IMG/VR virus record: IMGVR_UViG_3300013137_000024
Coordinates: 1 to 56,603 of that record
Source: a virus
Lineage: Duplodnaviria; Caudoviricetes
DNA: 56,603 nucleotides
Reading direction: 5' to 3' (one strand)
This document shows positions 26,923 through 38,339 of this stretch, in pieces. Both the position numbers and the translations under genes were made by a program. The stretch's first letter is position 1. Each line of letters starts with the position of its first letter. Below the pieces are notes generated by a model that made no database searches, was not told the origin of the DNA, and was given only the letters and a program-made list of their open reading frames with translations.

Positions 26923-29900
26923 ATGAGCCGTTTCACGGGTCATGTGCTGCGGGGAGCGAACATCTCTCCAGCAAATGCCACAATCACGAGTGAACCTTCT
27001 ACGGGCGTAGCGCGGGATATTCGCTCTCTGCCCGGACCTGGAATCTATACGTTGACTGCACCTGCTCTGATTGAAGCCAGAGCAGACCAGTATCGTGCTG
27101 CGGTTCTTGAAGCACCCGGAACCACCACCCAGGAGTTTCTCGTATGGGCGGCGAATACGTCCAGTTTGACCATCTTGGACGATCCAAATGATCCTACTTG
27201 GCAAACTGAAACCGGCACCGGCACTTTCTATTCCGGCACTTTGACTGTAACAGATCTCGATCCTCTTGTCACACATACAGACGGGACAAATTATGTCATC
27301 ATCACGGATAACGGGAATCGGAGTCTGTCTGCCATCCTCTATATCGTGGTGGCCAGGGGAGACACCGAATACGACGATGATGGATGGGTTGATCCGGATA
27401 ATCCTTCCGCGGGTCGTAAAGGGACCAATCCATATCTGGTGTTCACCATCAATCCCGCATCCCAGAATCCCGTGTCTGGCAAGGTAACCATCACTGCCCC
27501 TCAGTTGGCGTTGCTTGGAGGCGGGCTGTCATTGGATCGGGGGGATAACGTTGTAATTGTCCGGTATCTGTTGGCGCCTGCTCGGTTCTGGTGGACCAGG
27601 AATGATAGGTACGAGACCCGATTCGGTTGGAATGGGCAAACCCAACGTTGGGAACCCTACAAGGGGGGTTCTCCAAAGGATCTGGGGATTCTTTTGTTGA
27701 ATAGCGGTTACAAGCTGTTCCCCAAAGTGGTGAACCTCCCTGTTGGGGCATATTTGCCGGGAAACGAGACCCAACCCGATGAATACGCCATGATCCGGTT
27801 GGGTTCTGATCCGGGGGTCACAAGTCTTCCGGTGGGGCCGGGGGGATTGTTCCTCGGGATTCAAGTCAAACCAGATGTTGATGTGGAGGCCTTCGATTTT
27901 GCTACGGCTCCGGCTTTGTCCGGCATCATGGGACAGACCAGTGGGGCGCTTCGGTTCAATCCCAGTTTTGCAGAACTATATGCTGGTAGGACTGTCTGGT
28001 ATGTCCCCAAAACCTTTGTGGTGGGATCGAATGGTGTTGTCGGGAAGATGCTCGATGCCGTTACAGGTTCTTTGTTTGTTGCCCCTATTCCGGGCATCCT
28101 GGATTGTCCTCTCATTCGGTTTGGCAACCGGAGGTATCTGCAAGCAACGATCTATCCAAATGACGCTGCAATGAGCCTGGCTCCGGTTCCCACAGCCGGG
28201 TCTGTCCAAGTTTCTGCTTCTACCGGCAGGATCCGACTGAGTTCAGCAGATGTTGACCAAGCAGATCCTTCTTCCCCGAGTTTCAGCAAGCACTATCTGG
28301 GCGAAGATGTGATCTATGATGGGGTGGCACTGAATGCCACTCCACAACCTGTCCAGAAACAGGTTCAGCTCGTGGATACGGTTGGCAATCCTGCCACTGG
28401 GAACAGCAGTGCTTTTTATATTCCCGATGCCGTGACCTTGCCCGATGAGTTCATCAATCTCTCCGAGACGCACCGAGGTCTCGGGATCTCCGGTGTGTTG
28501 GATGTGCCTGATGGCACAGGAGCAATCCCCTCCAATCCTGGAACTCCGGCTTCGGTTCGTCCGGGCGGGGATTCCGAAGTTACTCTCAACACCGGTAGGG
28601 TCCGCCAAGTTTATTCGATAGGTGATACCATTCTGTTCTCTGGCAGATCGGCAATGTTCTCCCTCCATTATGTGGACCGGGAATCTGATCTTCCATCGGC
28701 TAGCAATGTGGGAACAGGAGAGGCTTGGATTGCCCGTGAACGAGGCATCACTGGTTCCAAGGTGATGCTCAACTCAGGAGATCTTGCATCTATCGGGGAT
28801 GGGGCGATTTATTTCCTCCAGACCACTTTCACCCCAGCAGTGTACACCCAGTTGGGACAATTGATATCCCGAAACCGGGATATTTTTCGGTTCGATGGAA
28901 CCGAGGTTTTATACTTTGCTATCGACGGGTCAGGCTATTCTTGGCCGTCTTCGATTCTTTTGGCCGCATTGCCGGGCAGAACATTCTTCACGGCTGCTGA
29001 AGTGGCCAGTAGCATTTTCAGTGTTGTCACGGGAACGGGCCGGGTCTATGCCTCCGCAGGTCGAATCCTGATTGAAGCCGACGATCCCACTTTGGGATCC
29101 GTAGAAATCGGGTTTGGGAATCCCAAGGACCTCTCCGGGGCCGCGGTGTTAGGATTTTTACCGGGATGGCGGGCTGTTGGAGGTGTAGGAACGTGGCTCC
29201 CGGATGCCGGATTGGCCGTGGGACTGTTCCGGACCCCTTACGATCTCGATCGGACTCAGGGCTATGCTGATATTTCTGACGTGGCACGAGTCAATGGGGG
29301 GATTGTTCATTCTAGCGTACCTGCAAGCCCCTTTGTATTCCTGGATAATCCCCCGCTTCAGGATGTGGCCGGGATTGACGAAGGGATTTTCTTTGCCCTG
29401 ACGACACTTATAGATGACGGCACCGGCAATGTCCAAGTAGTGATCAAGCCCCTGGAGCACTATTTGGACATCATTCATCGTTTTGGACAGAAGAAGTTCG
29501 ATTGGATTTCCGATGGAATCACGGAAAATGAATATGTCCAACCCGTGACGATCCTGTCTTTTGACAATCTGAACGTCGTTCCCAAATCTCTGCTGGCGGC
29601 CCCTGGGATTGGGGGCGGTCTGTGGATTGACCCTGACGGAACGGGATACGTATTCCAAGATCAAGGTTCAGATTATCTATTGCCCCAGGAAGGTCAATCG
29701 GGAACGGCCATCCTGACCGAACGTTTTGGCCAACGGATCTTGTTCGGCGCCATGGGCCGTGTGGTGGTTGCTGGTGGAACCACTTTCGAGGATGTAACTA
29801 CGGATTACACCGGGGTGCAACCGGGGTATCGACTCAAGATCACTTCGGGTTCCTGTCAGGGTTCATATCTTGTTCGATCCGTTTTGAGTCCCACGGCCCT

Positions 29901-32900
29901 CGTGGTTTCCCCAAACCTCCGAACGGTGGATGCTTTCCCTGTTACCTGGGAGGTGTACGAAGGCTACTCAACGAGCGTATACGATCCAGCACTTGTGGCC
30001 GATATGTTCTATGATCCATTCTCCCATCTGACGAGTGAACCTTTCAAGGTCCGACTGTTGTCTCCGTTGGGAGCAGTGCCAGACCCAGCAATAGGGGGCC
30101 ATCTCAAAGCCAATATGGCAGGGGCGTTGGCATCTGGGCGGAACATCAATGTCCGTTACGGGCTCACTGCTCCGAATGTTACGAACACGGCAACTTTGGT
30201 TGCCTTGACCCAAACTGTTCTGGGCCCTATTGCCAATGGGTCTCTCATTGTTTCAACCACGGAACCCCGATTCAGCACTGGAGCCTTTGATGTTCAAATC
30301 GGAACCGACAGGTATACCCCCGTGGGTGTGGTTTCGTTCTCACCCGATCCCGTAACCGTTGAATATCTGTTGAATGATGATGGGCCATTCTTGAAAGGAA
30401 CCCTGAAATTCAAACAAACGTTCCTGACGACCTATTCGATGGCTCAAGTGGTTTATGTCGAAACTTTCTTAGCCCCTTCTGATCTCACTGCTCTGACCGT
30501 CGAATATGCAGCTTCTACGGGAGAACTGAGTCTTTCTGAAAACGACATGACGGTTTGGCAAGGGACAACGGCCTATTTCGTGGAACAAATGATTACCGAG
30601 GATAGACAAGATGTGTCATTGAATCCTATCCTCGGATCTTTTGCTTTCAATCAGCCCATCCCGAAGGGGTCCTCAGTCGAAGCGGAATATTGGTTGGCAG
30701 ATCTTGAGGGCCGCAAGGTAGGCAACCCCATCACGGAGTTTCTCCCAGTTTTTGTTCGGAATGAAGTTGCAGTGCGTGTAGATGACCACACCTATACGTT
30801 CAATTCCCAAGCATGGACAGTGGTTTCTGAGGTGGAACCCATTGTTTTCCTTGGGGCCATTATGCAGAATTTCGGCACCTCGGACTGTGTTTTTTCCTAT
30901 CCCGGCGGCCGAGGACAGATTACGTTTCTCAGTCAAGTCGTGACCTCTGACACCATTGTCAAGGTGAACTATGCTGTTTTAGAAGCCCAAGGAGGGGAGC
31001 AGGCTTTCGAAACGAGTTCCAAACCGGTTTATCGGCCCCCATTTTACATCAAGGCCAATCAAAGTCGTTTTGGATTGCGGGGGAATAGGGCGGCTGATTT
31101 CCAAGCCGGACAGATGTTGCGCTTCGGGGAGGACTGTTTCTACATTCGGGGGACGCAATATTATCCCACGAGTGCCAATGGTCCTGTCACGTCGGTAGAG
31201 ATTTTCCCTACGACCATCAATGAGGTGGGTTCGCGAGCTCCCGCCAATGATGTTCTATCTTTAGTCACGGATCAACCGATCACGACGGTCGTAGATCCAG
31301 ATGGGGCCGCTATTCCAACCACGGCCCCGGCTGGATTCATGCAAAGTCTCGATCTCAATACGTTCCCGTTTGAATCCGTGAGTCGAGGTCAACGGACAAT
31401 TGTGTTTTTGGGGAACCTGATGCAATTCGCGGTTCCCGGGCATATTTTTGAAATCGGGGGCCATCCCCACACGATTTCCCAAGCCCAATTGTCTGAAGAT
31501 GGGATGAGATCCCGGATTACTATGACGGCTCCTTTCCGGACGGGATTCTCGATGGATTCCCCGCCCACAGTGAAGTTGTCCTATCGGCCAGTTTATCCCC
31601 CACAGACGGTTGATTTCATAGGGGTGGGTCCTCTTGTCTCCACAGAATCATCCGAGTTGGTTCTGTTTGGCCGGACAGATGGTGTTGGGGAACTTCCTGG
31701 TGAAACCCTGGTTCCCGGCATCGATTACACCCTGGATGCTTCTACGGGGGCAATCAAGATCCTGGCTCCTCGTCAGGAACCCCTGGATGGATCCGAGAAG
31801 CTTCTTCTCTCATTCACACGAAATAGATCACTCCAACCGGCCATTCAGAACGGATTGGTGGTTACGCCCCGGATGTCAGCAACGTATTTGTACACGGATG
31901 TCCCGACCGAACAGAATGGGCTCTTGGGGGCACTTCTCACCGGGACGTATACGTTTTCCAATCCTGACACGTTCTATTTCCGTGCGGTGCCTATAGCATC
32001 TTTCCTTGGGGAAATGGCACAAGAAGCCATTCGAGAAATCGCGGCCACCCAACCAGCGGGAGGCCCTTATCAGCCCAGTGACAGCACCAAGAATTGGGAC
32101 CAAGGCCGTGTTGGTCTGTTGTCACAACGTAAGCATTTACAAGACAAGGATCGGGCATCCAGGGCTTTTCTCGATTTCTACAACTCGACCATCTTGGCTT
32201 TTGAACAGATCGAAGAAACCTGTTCGGGGGGCTTTATCGGGGATCGGGATGGGAAGTTTCGTTTCTGGGTGGGGCTGGATCGGGAGTATCCCACGCCCGG
32301 TTATGAAGACCCCATCACTGGTGTTTTGATCTCGCGGTTTGTTTGGAGTGATGCTTTTAACGGGCAGGCAGCAGACCCGTTGAATCCTAATTTCATCACA
32401 GTGTTGCCTTCCGATTATGTCGTAACACCGGACTCTTTCATCCTGGCAAGCGGTGTGATGGACGGCCAAATCCCCAACCCTGATCTCATGTTCAGGCTCA
32501 TGTCCGAGCAGGAACAAATGATCCTCAATGACGTGGACGATTTGGTTCTGGTGCGCCTTGGTGAACCAGATGTGTCCAGCACGTGGACGTATCCATTTTT
32601 CCATTTCAAAACCAAAGGGAATGTTGCGCGGATGGTCGATTCACATCGATTTTCGCGCCTGTTCCCGACATTGACCCGGGCTTTTTTCATGACTTATCCC
32701 GGGATCAATAGCACGGGAGATGCGGTTCCGGGGGCCTATACCTGGGGACGATACACCGACACCGGGGATTGGGAAGAAACGCACGGGCACGGGATTGGAC
32801 AGCTTCATAATCCGGCCATTGGGGATTTGGACAACGTGAGGACAGCCAAGTTGTCCAAACGACGGGCCAGGGCTCGAATCTGGGGCTATTTCCCGAACGG

Positions 32901-35900
32901 AATCCCAGCTGGGGTGTTCGATGGGGGAACGTCTCCGATCATCACGGACCCGTGTGTGATTGCATCTTCTGTCCTGTTGCGGGATCTTCAGGTGGATCCT
33001 GACACCGGCTATCCAGATCAGAATCAATTCATCTCCCAAAGTCCGACTGGCACTGTCCCCGACTTGGAATCGGGAGATCCAGAATTGGTGGTTCCGCCCT
33101 TCAAAGCAGGGAATGAGATCGAATGGGGCAAACCGGATGGTACCACTAAACGAGCCTTGTCCCCATTGGGGGTGAGTATTTTCGGGATCCCCATGCTCAC
33201 CGGAGTGTATATCCGAGATGTTCTGTATGGATGCGTGATTCGATTCAAGAGCGGTGCAGGGAATATCTCGAGCCCCGATCAACTTCTGGTGGGTACAGGC
33301 AACACCACGGGGATCCCGGCCCATTTATACCCCATTGAAACCGGGGACACCATCTATGCCGGTCCCAATATCGGGACGGATCAAGAGCCCGCCGATCCTC
33401 CGACTCGTGAAACGATGATGTCCTTGGCATCCAATATTGATGCCTATCGAGACGGGTTTGACCTTGAAGTGACCGCCGATGGGGTTATCGAGGATAAGAC
33501 CTATCCTTCAATGAATGACCCGTCATTTCTCCCCATCAGAGAGATCCTTGGACAAAACCCCCCCGACCCTCTAACTCCTTTGGAGGGTCTTGTTGAGTTC
33601 GTTTACGTCAACGAGAATCCGCTCGAATTGCCGGCCCTCAGGGGGGAAGCCAAGGACGATTCTGGGGACTATCAGATTCCGTACATTCGGACGACGAATA
33701 CAGAGTTGGATCGTTTTGCCCAAGTGTTCACCGGCATGACTAATCTCATGGACCTGGATGATCTGGGAACATCCGCCGTATACCCCGATGAGATAGTCAG
33801 TCCTTTCTGTGATGTCGTGACCGGAACCCTGCATTTCCCGATTGACATCACCCCCGCTCCCGCTCTCGGGGTGGGACCTATTCAAGAGTATGATTTGTTA
33901 TTGGTGCAAACATATCCCGATGCAGGGCCATTCCCTGTCCCCGGCCCGCAAGGAATCTTCTCGGTCGGGGGATATGATGTTATCGGGGGAGAAGGTTTCA
34001 TTGGTGTACCCCGATTTGTCACTGAAACAACACCTCCGGCCGTTCCCGGAGGGCCGACGGGTTCCCCGATTCAATACACGTTTGATCGGGCAATGGCCTA
34101 CATTGACACCACCCCGGGCTATCCTTATGCGGGAGATCCCCAGGCCCAAGTACCCCCGCCTCCAGGGGTGGAGTTCTTTGAAGTGGCGTCGGAAGGGGCT
34201 ACCTATCTGAAGTTTACGTCCATCGGACAAATTGTGCTCAATGATGGTGTCATGGCGTCCGGTAATCTGAATGACATCTGGGCCGCCAGTGTCAACAATT
34301 CCGTAACGGTCACTGTCTACTCGAGATGGGATGACACCGTCACGGATGGTCCTGGATTCCCATTGCCCACGGTCAATCCGGGGGGTGCAATTTGCCTGCA
34401 ACTAGTCATTTCCCAAAATACTGTGTTGGTTATTCCCTATGCAGGAGTGCCTTTTATTGTTGGACTGTTGACCCCGCCCGTTTCGGGCGGGGATTGTCCG
34501 CTCGATCCGGATGGGCCTGATCCAAGCTATCGGTATATCAAAATCCCGGCCACGGGGATCATCCCTTGGGGGGTTCCTCCCATCCCCAATCAGTGGTTTT
34601 TGCCGTACGAGATAGTCAATCCCGGGCCGAATCAGGTCACCAAGACGTTGTATGGATTCGAATTCACCGTAGGTGTTTACACTGCTGCTGGGGGACATTC
34701 GGAGACAGCCTGGATTTCTTCTGATCGTCTGACATTCAACGAAGTCATTGACATGCGGCTTGCCAAATCCAGGGACACAGTACATCCGCAATCCGGATTG
34801 CCACTGAATGCCAGATTGACGGTAGATGTCGTCACTATCGGAGGTGGAACAGAATCCAATGTGAACTCTTGGTGTAATGGGGTGATAGGATTGATCCCCG
34901 ATCCATTTACCTTCCCAAGCCCGATGAATGGAACATGGTCTATTGCGGCTAAACACGGTTCAATTCGGGTGTGCGGTTACGAAGGATGGAACAATACTCC
35001 GGTTACCGGATCGGGAATTTCCGCTTCTCTGCTTCCATCAAGCGAGCGCATGGAGACAGACGCCATTCTGACAGCCACCGGCAAGACCGCTAGCAAGTAC
35101 AATGCGGGACTCGTTGCCCCCGAAATGTGGGATGACCGGTTTGTCGAACTCAGTGTGACCCAAGGAGCCGTTACCAATGTCGTTCCCGGGGACATTGTGG
35201 TCGTAGAACGATCTTCGAATGCGACCCATTTTGCAACCACGATGGCCGGAACCTATCTGGTACGACATGCCGTAGAGGCCACTCCGGGTGAAAAGTTCCG
35301 GGCAGTGTCCCTCAGATCCTATGCTGGATACGGTGCCGGTTGGTGTCCGGTGCATTTCCCCACGGTAGAGAATTACGATTCGGCAACCCATGTCTTGACC
35401 CTGTCCGATCTGGCTCCGGTTAATCAGGGAACTCCAGTCGGGGCTCTTCAGTCCGGATTTTTACCGGTAGGGAGGTTGTACGTCATTCGAGATGTGGCCG
35501 GGTTAGCATCCCCTGACGAGACTACATTTAGGGCGGCGGTTGTCAGTGCTATGGTCGTAGCAATTGCCACGGATCCCGATTCCAAAGGATTGTTTACTCT
35601 CAATCCGGTGTTGTGTCGAGATGCAGCCGGGGATCTTATCTCGGAGGCCGAATTCGAAACCGCCCTTGAAACTGGAATGCCCGTCTCCGGTATGGTTTTT
35701 TGGCCTGTGACAGTGGGTGGGGAGCAGGGTCTGCCATCGAATAACTGTGTGGGGTATCACACAGATGCAGATCCCCCAGCTCCCGCATTGGGCCGGGCAG
35801 TGTTCGGATTCCGTTGGGTGTCTATTGTACCGCCCCCCCAACTGAATGAAGATCCGACGGTTCAGAACGCAGTTTTCAGTGGAAATTTGGTGGATCCTCT

Positions 35901-38118
35901 TAAAATCGATGTTCCGGCTGGAGCGGGGCCCGATGTCCTGATTCCTTTGGTCAGCCCACTGGAGATCTCCAATGTGTTCCTTCCAGACATCACGGATCCC
36001 ATCTATTCTTGGGTAATAGACACCCTGGATGTATCTTGGGTTCAACCTTCTACCTGGACAACAATCAACATTCCAGCAACCTCCTGGGGGGCAGGTCCAG
36101 GAACCAGTTTCATCAGGTGTGTCCTTCCATTTTCTACATTAGCTTTGGAAAATATGGGATCCGCGCCTCCGGCAGATCCAGAAGGATTTTTTGCTCAGGC
36201 CGGTCTGTTCCTCGAACCCTCATTCCCGAGAATGGCAACTAACTTGGCCACTGCATATCGACATATTGTAGATACAACCTGGGATTTTCCCGACCCGTCT
36301 GCTCTTCCGGACCTGGATCGTGAGTTGGGGATGCGGGACACGGATACCTATGTGATTGGGGCACCTACAGGAATTCCCGAAGAAGTTACATTGACCGTCC
36401 GGAGGATTCGGAGATTCCATCAAACCGAAATCTATCAGAACCTCAGGCCTCTTCGATTCGCGTATGAGATCCGTCGAGGAATCATTATGTCTTACACCCC
36501 TGAGGGCACTCGGCAAACTGGGGTCGTGGACACAACGGATTTCTTCATGAACTGGGTGGCCCCTCCCGGCTCCCCTAAACCCGCTGATGTGTGGACAGAC
36601 GGATCGGGGCCTTACCTTGGAACAAATTTGGGAACCTTCGACAATGCGGATGTGAACATACATCCCGGAGATCTTTTCCGTTTGCTGGGGGATGATGGTC
36701 AACTCATCGAAGAAATCCCGATTGCCTCCGTGTTGGGGACTTCCCAGATCCTGTTGGCCATCCCCGGGATCACTCAAGTTCCGAACCCCGATGGATATCG
36801 GTTCGAAATCTATCTCCGCAGGCCACCAGTTCCACATGAACAATCCAATGAACAACTCTTGGGAATGATTACAGACCGAGAGATTTTCAGGACCGATGCC
36901 GATTGGGCAACCGATAAGAATAAAGGTGGCTATGTTCCAGATACGGGGACTGACACGTATGAAGATGTCGTAAACCATCTCTATGATGATTCTCTCATCC
37001 AAAGTTTCTCGACCCTGGGGGCTAGAAAAGGGGACATTGTAATCGTGGATCCGGCGGGAACCATTCCGCAGGATGGGGGTCTGCCGATATTGCCGGAGAA
37101 AGGGGGGCGGCCTCTCGGGGATTTGGGCGTTCCCGGTCGGTTGGATGCGGGCGGGAATCCAGTGTACACAGCGGGGCGTCCCACTCCATTGGACGACAAT
37201 CGAGGGTTCTACCGCGTCAAACAAGTAGTGGAAAACGTGGTACCCCCGTATATGTTGGTAGACCGAATCAACACTTTTGCGGGAGAGGCCGGGACTCCGG
37301 AAATCTTTGCCCAGACCAACAATCATAGGGCCTATGCAGTCTATCCGACGATTGATGACTCTGCTCTGGCCGTGGGATTGCAAGAGGGTCAGATGGATCT
37401 TCGACCCACAGCAGTACGAGACCCCGTGACCAAGAAATTTGATGACCGAGTAGGGCTTCTGAGATTCCATTCCATTCGGCCCTTCTCGTATAGGGTGATT
37501 CGGCCTTCCAAACTTTTCACAGACGAAACCATCGATCTCGTCTTGATGCACCGGGAACGGATGCTGTCTCTCATCGAGTTGCTCCGCAGGTTGATCTCGG
37601 GATACAAGAGTGGCACCTACTACGTATTCCAACGGGATGACCAACTCGATGAATTGGGGGACCCCCGAGATCCGGACATCGGATTGGGGGTGATCTCCAA
37701 TCCGTACCTCCTGGCTGTGATTGGCCGAACCGATGTGGTTCCATTCTCTAACAATGAATATGCACTGTCGCTTCTGGATCGTCGGTTCTGGATCTACGAC
37801 CGCAGATTGGATTCACTCACTACAGATCCTACGAATCCATTCAACATGAAACTCGGTGTGCCTGCTTATACAGCCTATACCGTGGATCCAGACGGGATTG
37901 ACGTGAATCCCGTTTTGCCAGAGCGGGTGGAACAGGTGCTGAACACTAGAGATCGATTTCGGCCATTACGATACACTTGGTTAGCATATCGGACTAACCG
38001 AGTGTATGGAACCCTCGCCGCCATTGCACGATTTGACACGGAGTTGCCAAGACGTTTGGTGGAACAATTCCAAGCCGTTGAACGATCGAGATCTCTGGAC
38101 AAGGTGCAACAGTCATGA
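26923..38118 (+). CDS. Giant (3731 aa) putative virion or baseplate-associated structural protein
   Basis: Uninterrupted 11.2-kb ORF, Gly/Pro/Thr/Val-rich, located between spike and wedge genes. No enzyme motif recognised. Confidence 0.7.
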   Translation: MSRFTGHVLRGANISPANATITSEPSTGVARDIRSLPGPGIYTLTAPALIEARADQYRAAVLEAPGTTTQEFLVWAANTSSLTILDDPNDPTWQTETGTGTFYSGTLTVTDLDPLVTHTDGTNYVIITDNGNRSLSAILYIVVARGDTEYDDDGWVDPDNPSAGRKGTNPYLVFTINPASQNPVSGKVTITAPQLALLGGGLSLDRGDNVVIVRYLLAPARFWWTRNDRYETRFGWNGQTQRWEPYKGGSPKDLGILLLNSGYKLFPKVVNLPVGAYLPGNETQPDEYAMIRLGSDPGVTSLPVGPGGLFLGIQVKPDVDVEAFDFATAPALSGIMGQTSGALRFNPSFAELYAGRTVWYVPKTFVVGSNGVVGKMLDAVTGSLFVAPIPGILDCPLIRFGNRRYLQATIYPNDAAMSLAPVPTAGSVQVSASTGRIRLSSADVDQADPSSPSFSKHYLGEDVIYDGVALNATPQPVQKQVQLVDTVGNPATGNSSAFYIPDAVTLPDEFINLSETHRGLGISGVLDVPDGTGAIPSNPGTPASVRPGGDSEVTLNTGRVRQVYSIGDTILFSGRSAMFSLHYVDRESDLPSASNVGTGEAWIARERGITGSKVMLNSGDLASIGDGAIYFLQTTFTPAVYTQLGQLISRNRDIFRFDGTEVLYFAIDGSGYSWPSSILLAALPGRTFFTAAEVASSIFSVVTGTGRVYASAGRILIEADDPTLGSVEIGFGNPKDLSGAAVLGFLPGWRAVGGVGTWLPDAGLAVGLFRTPYDLDRTQGYADISDVARVNGGIVHSSVPASPFVFLDNPPLQDVAGIDEGIFFALTTLIDDGTGNVQVVIKPLEHYLDIIHRFGQKKFDWISDGITENEYVQPVTILSFDNLNVVPKSLLAAPGIGGGLWIDPDGTGYVFQDQGSDYLLPQEGQSGTAILTERFGQRILFGAMGRVVVAGGTTFEDVTTDYTGVQPGYRLKITSGSCQGSYLVRSVLSPTALVVSPNLRTVDAFPVTWEVYEGYSTSVYDPALVADMFYDPFSHLTSEPFKVRLLSPLGAVPDPAIGGHLKANMAGALASGRNINVRYGLTAPNVTNTATLVALTQTVLGPIANGSLIVSTTEPRFSTGAFDVQIGTDRYTPVGVVSFSPDPVTVEYLLNDDGPFLKGTLKFKQTFLTTYSMAQVVYVETFLAPSDLTALTVEYAASTGELSLSENDMTVWQGTTAYFVEQMITEDRQDVSLNPILGSFAFNQPIPKGSSVEAEYWLADLEGRKVGNPITEFLPVFVRNEVAVRVDDHTYTFNSQAWTVVSEVEPIVFLGAIMQNFGTSDCVFSYPGGRGQITFLSQVVTSDTIVKVNYAVLEAQGGEQAFETSSKPVYRPPFYIKANQSRFGLRGNRAADFQAGQMLRFGEDCFYIRGTQYYPTSANGPVTSVEIFPTTINEVGSRAPANDVLSLVTDQPITTVVDPDGAAIPTTAPAGFMQSLDLNTFPFESVSRGQRTIVFLGNLMQFAVPGHIFEIGGHPHTISQAQLSEDGMRSRITMTAPFRTGFSMDSPPTVKLSYRPVYPPQTVDFIGVGPLVSTESSELVLFGRTDGVGELPGETLVPGIDYTLDASTGAIKILAPRQEPLDGSEKLLLSFTRNRSLQPAIQNGLVVTPRMSATYLYTDVPTEQNGLLGALLTGTYTFSNPDTFYFRAVPIASFLGEMAQEAIREIAATQPAGGPYQPSDSTKNWDQGRVGLLSQRKHLQDKDRASRAFLDFYNSTILAFEQIEETCSGGFIGDRDGKFRFWVGLDREYPTPGYEDPITGVLISRFVWSDAFNGQAADPLNPNFITVLPSDYVVTPDSFILASGVMDGQIPNPDLMFRLMSEQEQMILNDVDDLVLVRLGEPDVSSTWTYPFFHFKTKGNVARMVDSHRFSRLFPTLTRAFFMTYPGINSTGDAVPGAYTWGRYTDTGDWEETHGHGIGQLHNPAIGDLDNVRTAKLSKRRARARIWGYFPNGIPAGVFDGGTSPIITDPCVIASSVLLRDLQVDPDTGYPDQNQFISQSPTGTVPDLESGDPELVVPPFKAGNEIEWGKPDGTTKRALSPLGVSIFGIPMLTGVYIRDVLYGCVIRFKSGAGNISSPDQLLVGTGNTTGIPAHLYPIETGDTIYAGPNIGTDQEPADPPTRETMMSLASNIDAYRDGFDLEVTADGVIEDKTYPSMNDPSFLPIREILGQNPPDPLTPLEGLVEFVYVNENPLELPALRGEAKDDSGDYQIPYIRTTNTELDRFAQVFTGMTNLMDLDDLGTSAVYPDEIVSPFCDVVTGTLHFPIDITPAPALGVGPIQEYDLLLVQTYPDAGPFPVPGPQGIFSVGGYDVIGGEGFIGVPRFVTETTPPAVPGGPTGSPIQYTFDRAMAYIDTTPGYPYAGDPQAQVPPPPGVEFFEVASEGATYLKFTSIGQIVLNDGVMASGNLNDIWAASVNNSVTVTVYSRWDDTVTDGPGFPLPTVNPGGAICLQLVISQNTVLVIPYAGVPFIVGLLTPPVSGGDCPLDPDGPDPSYRYIKIPATGIIPWGVPPIPNQWFLPYEIVNPGPNQVTKTLYGFEFTVGVYTAAGGHSETAWISSDRLTFNEVIDMRLAKSRDTVHPQSGLPLNARLTVDVVTIGGGTESNVNSWCNGVIGLIPDPFTFPSPMNGTWSIAAKHGSIRVCGYEGWNNTPVTGSGISASLLPSSERMETDAILTATGKTASKYNAGLVAPEMWDDRFVELSVTQGAVTNVVPGDIVVVERSSNATHFATTMAGTYLVRHAVEATPGEKFRAVSLRSYAGYGAGWCPVHFPTVENYDSATHVLTLSDLAPVNQGTPVGALQSGFLPVGRLYVIRDVAGLASPDETTFRAAVVSAMVVAIATDPDSKGLFTLNPVLCRDAAGDLISEAEFETALETGMPVSGMVFWPVTVGGEQGLPSNNCVGYHTDADPPAPALGRAVFGFRWVSIVPPPQLNEDPTVQNAVFSGNLVDPLKIDVPAGAGPDVLIPLVSPLEISNVFLPDITDPIYSWVIDTLDVSWVQPSTWTTINIPATSWGAGPGTSFIRCVLPFSTLALENMGSAPPADPEGFFAQAGLFLEPSFPRMATNLATAYRHIVDTTWDFPDPSALPDLDRELGMRDTDTYVIGAPTGIPEEVTLTVRRIRRFHQTEIYQNLRPLRFAYEIRRGIIMSYTPEGTRQTGVVDTTDFFMNWVAPPGSPKPADVWTDGSGPYLGTNLGTFDNADVNIHPGDLFRLLGDDGQLIEEIPIASVLGTSQILLAIPGITQVPNPDGYRFEIYLRRPPVPHEQSNEQLLGMITDREIFRTDADWATDKNKGGYVPDTGTDTYEDVVNHLYDDSLIQSFSTLGARKGDIVIVDPAGTIPQDGGLPILPEKGGRPLGDLGVPGRLDAGGNPVYTAGRPTPLDDNRGFYRVKQVVENVVPPYMLVDRINTFAGEAGTPEIFAQTNNHRAYAVYPTIDDSALAVGLQEGQMDLRPTAVRDPVTKKFDDRVGLLRFHSIRPFSYRVIRPSKLFTDETIDLVLMHRERMLSLIELLRRLISGYKSGTYYVFQRDDQLDELGDPRDPDIGLGVISNPYLLAVIGRTDVVPFSNNEYALSLLDRRFWIYDRRLDSLTTDPTNPFNMKLGVPAYTAYTVDPDGIDVNPVLPERVEQVLNTRDRFRPLRYTWLAYRTNRVYGTLAAIARFDTELPRRLVEQFQAVERSRSLDKVQQS

Positions 38119-38339
38119 CGAATGAAGAACTTGAACAATTGATGGCCCGGTTGGGGATCAAACCCGGGGATTGGGCGAGTACCACGGAGCGGCCTACGCA
38201 TATGCCTTTTGTACAGGCCCAGATGGATAATTTGGTTAAACTTAGAGACTATCTCGAAGGATTGGTTGCAACAGACAATCAGTCTCTTGCCCGACTGCGA
38301 GAACAGCTCACTCGGCTGCAACGTGGGGGAGGTTGCTAA
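38115..38339 (+). CDS. Small coiled-coil protein
   Basis: Translationally coupled on both sides (ATGA and TAATG overlaps). Heptad pattern LVKLRDYL...LARLREQLTRL. Confidence 0.7.
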   Translation: MTNEELEQLMARLGIKPGDWASTTERPTHMPFVQAQMDNLVKLRDYLEGLVATDNQSLARLREQLTRLQRGGGC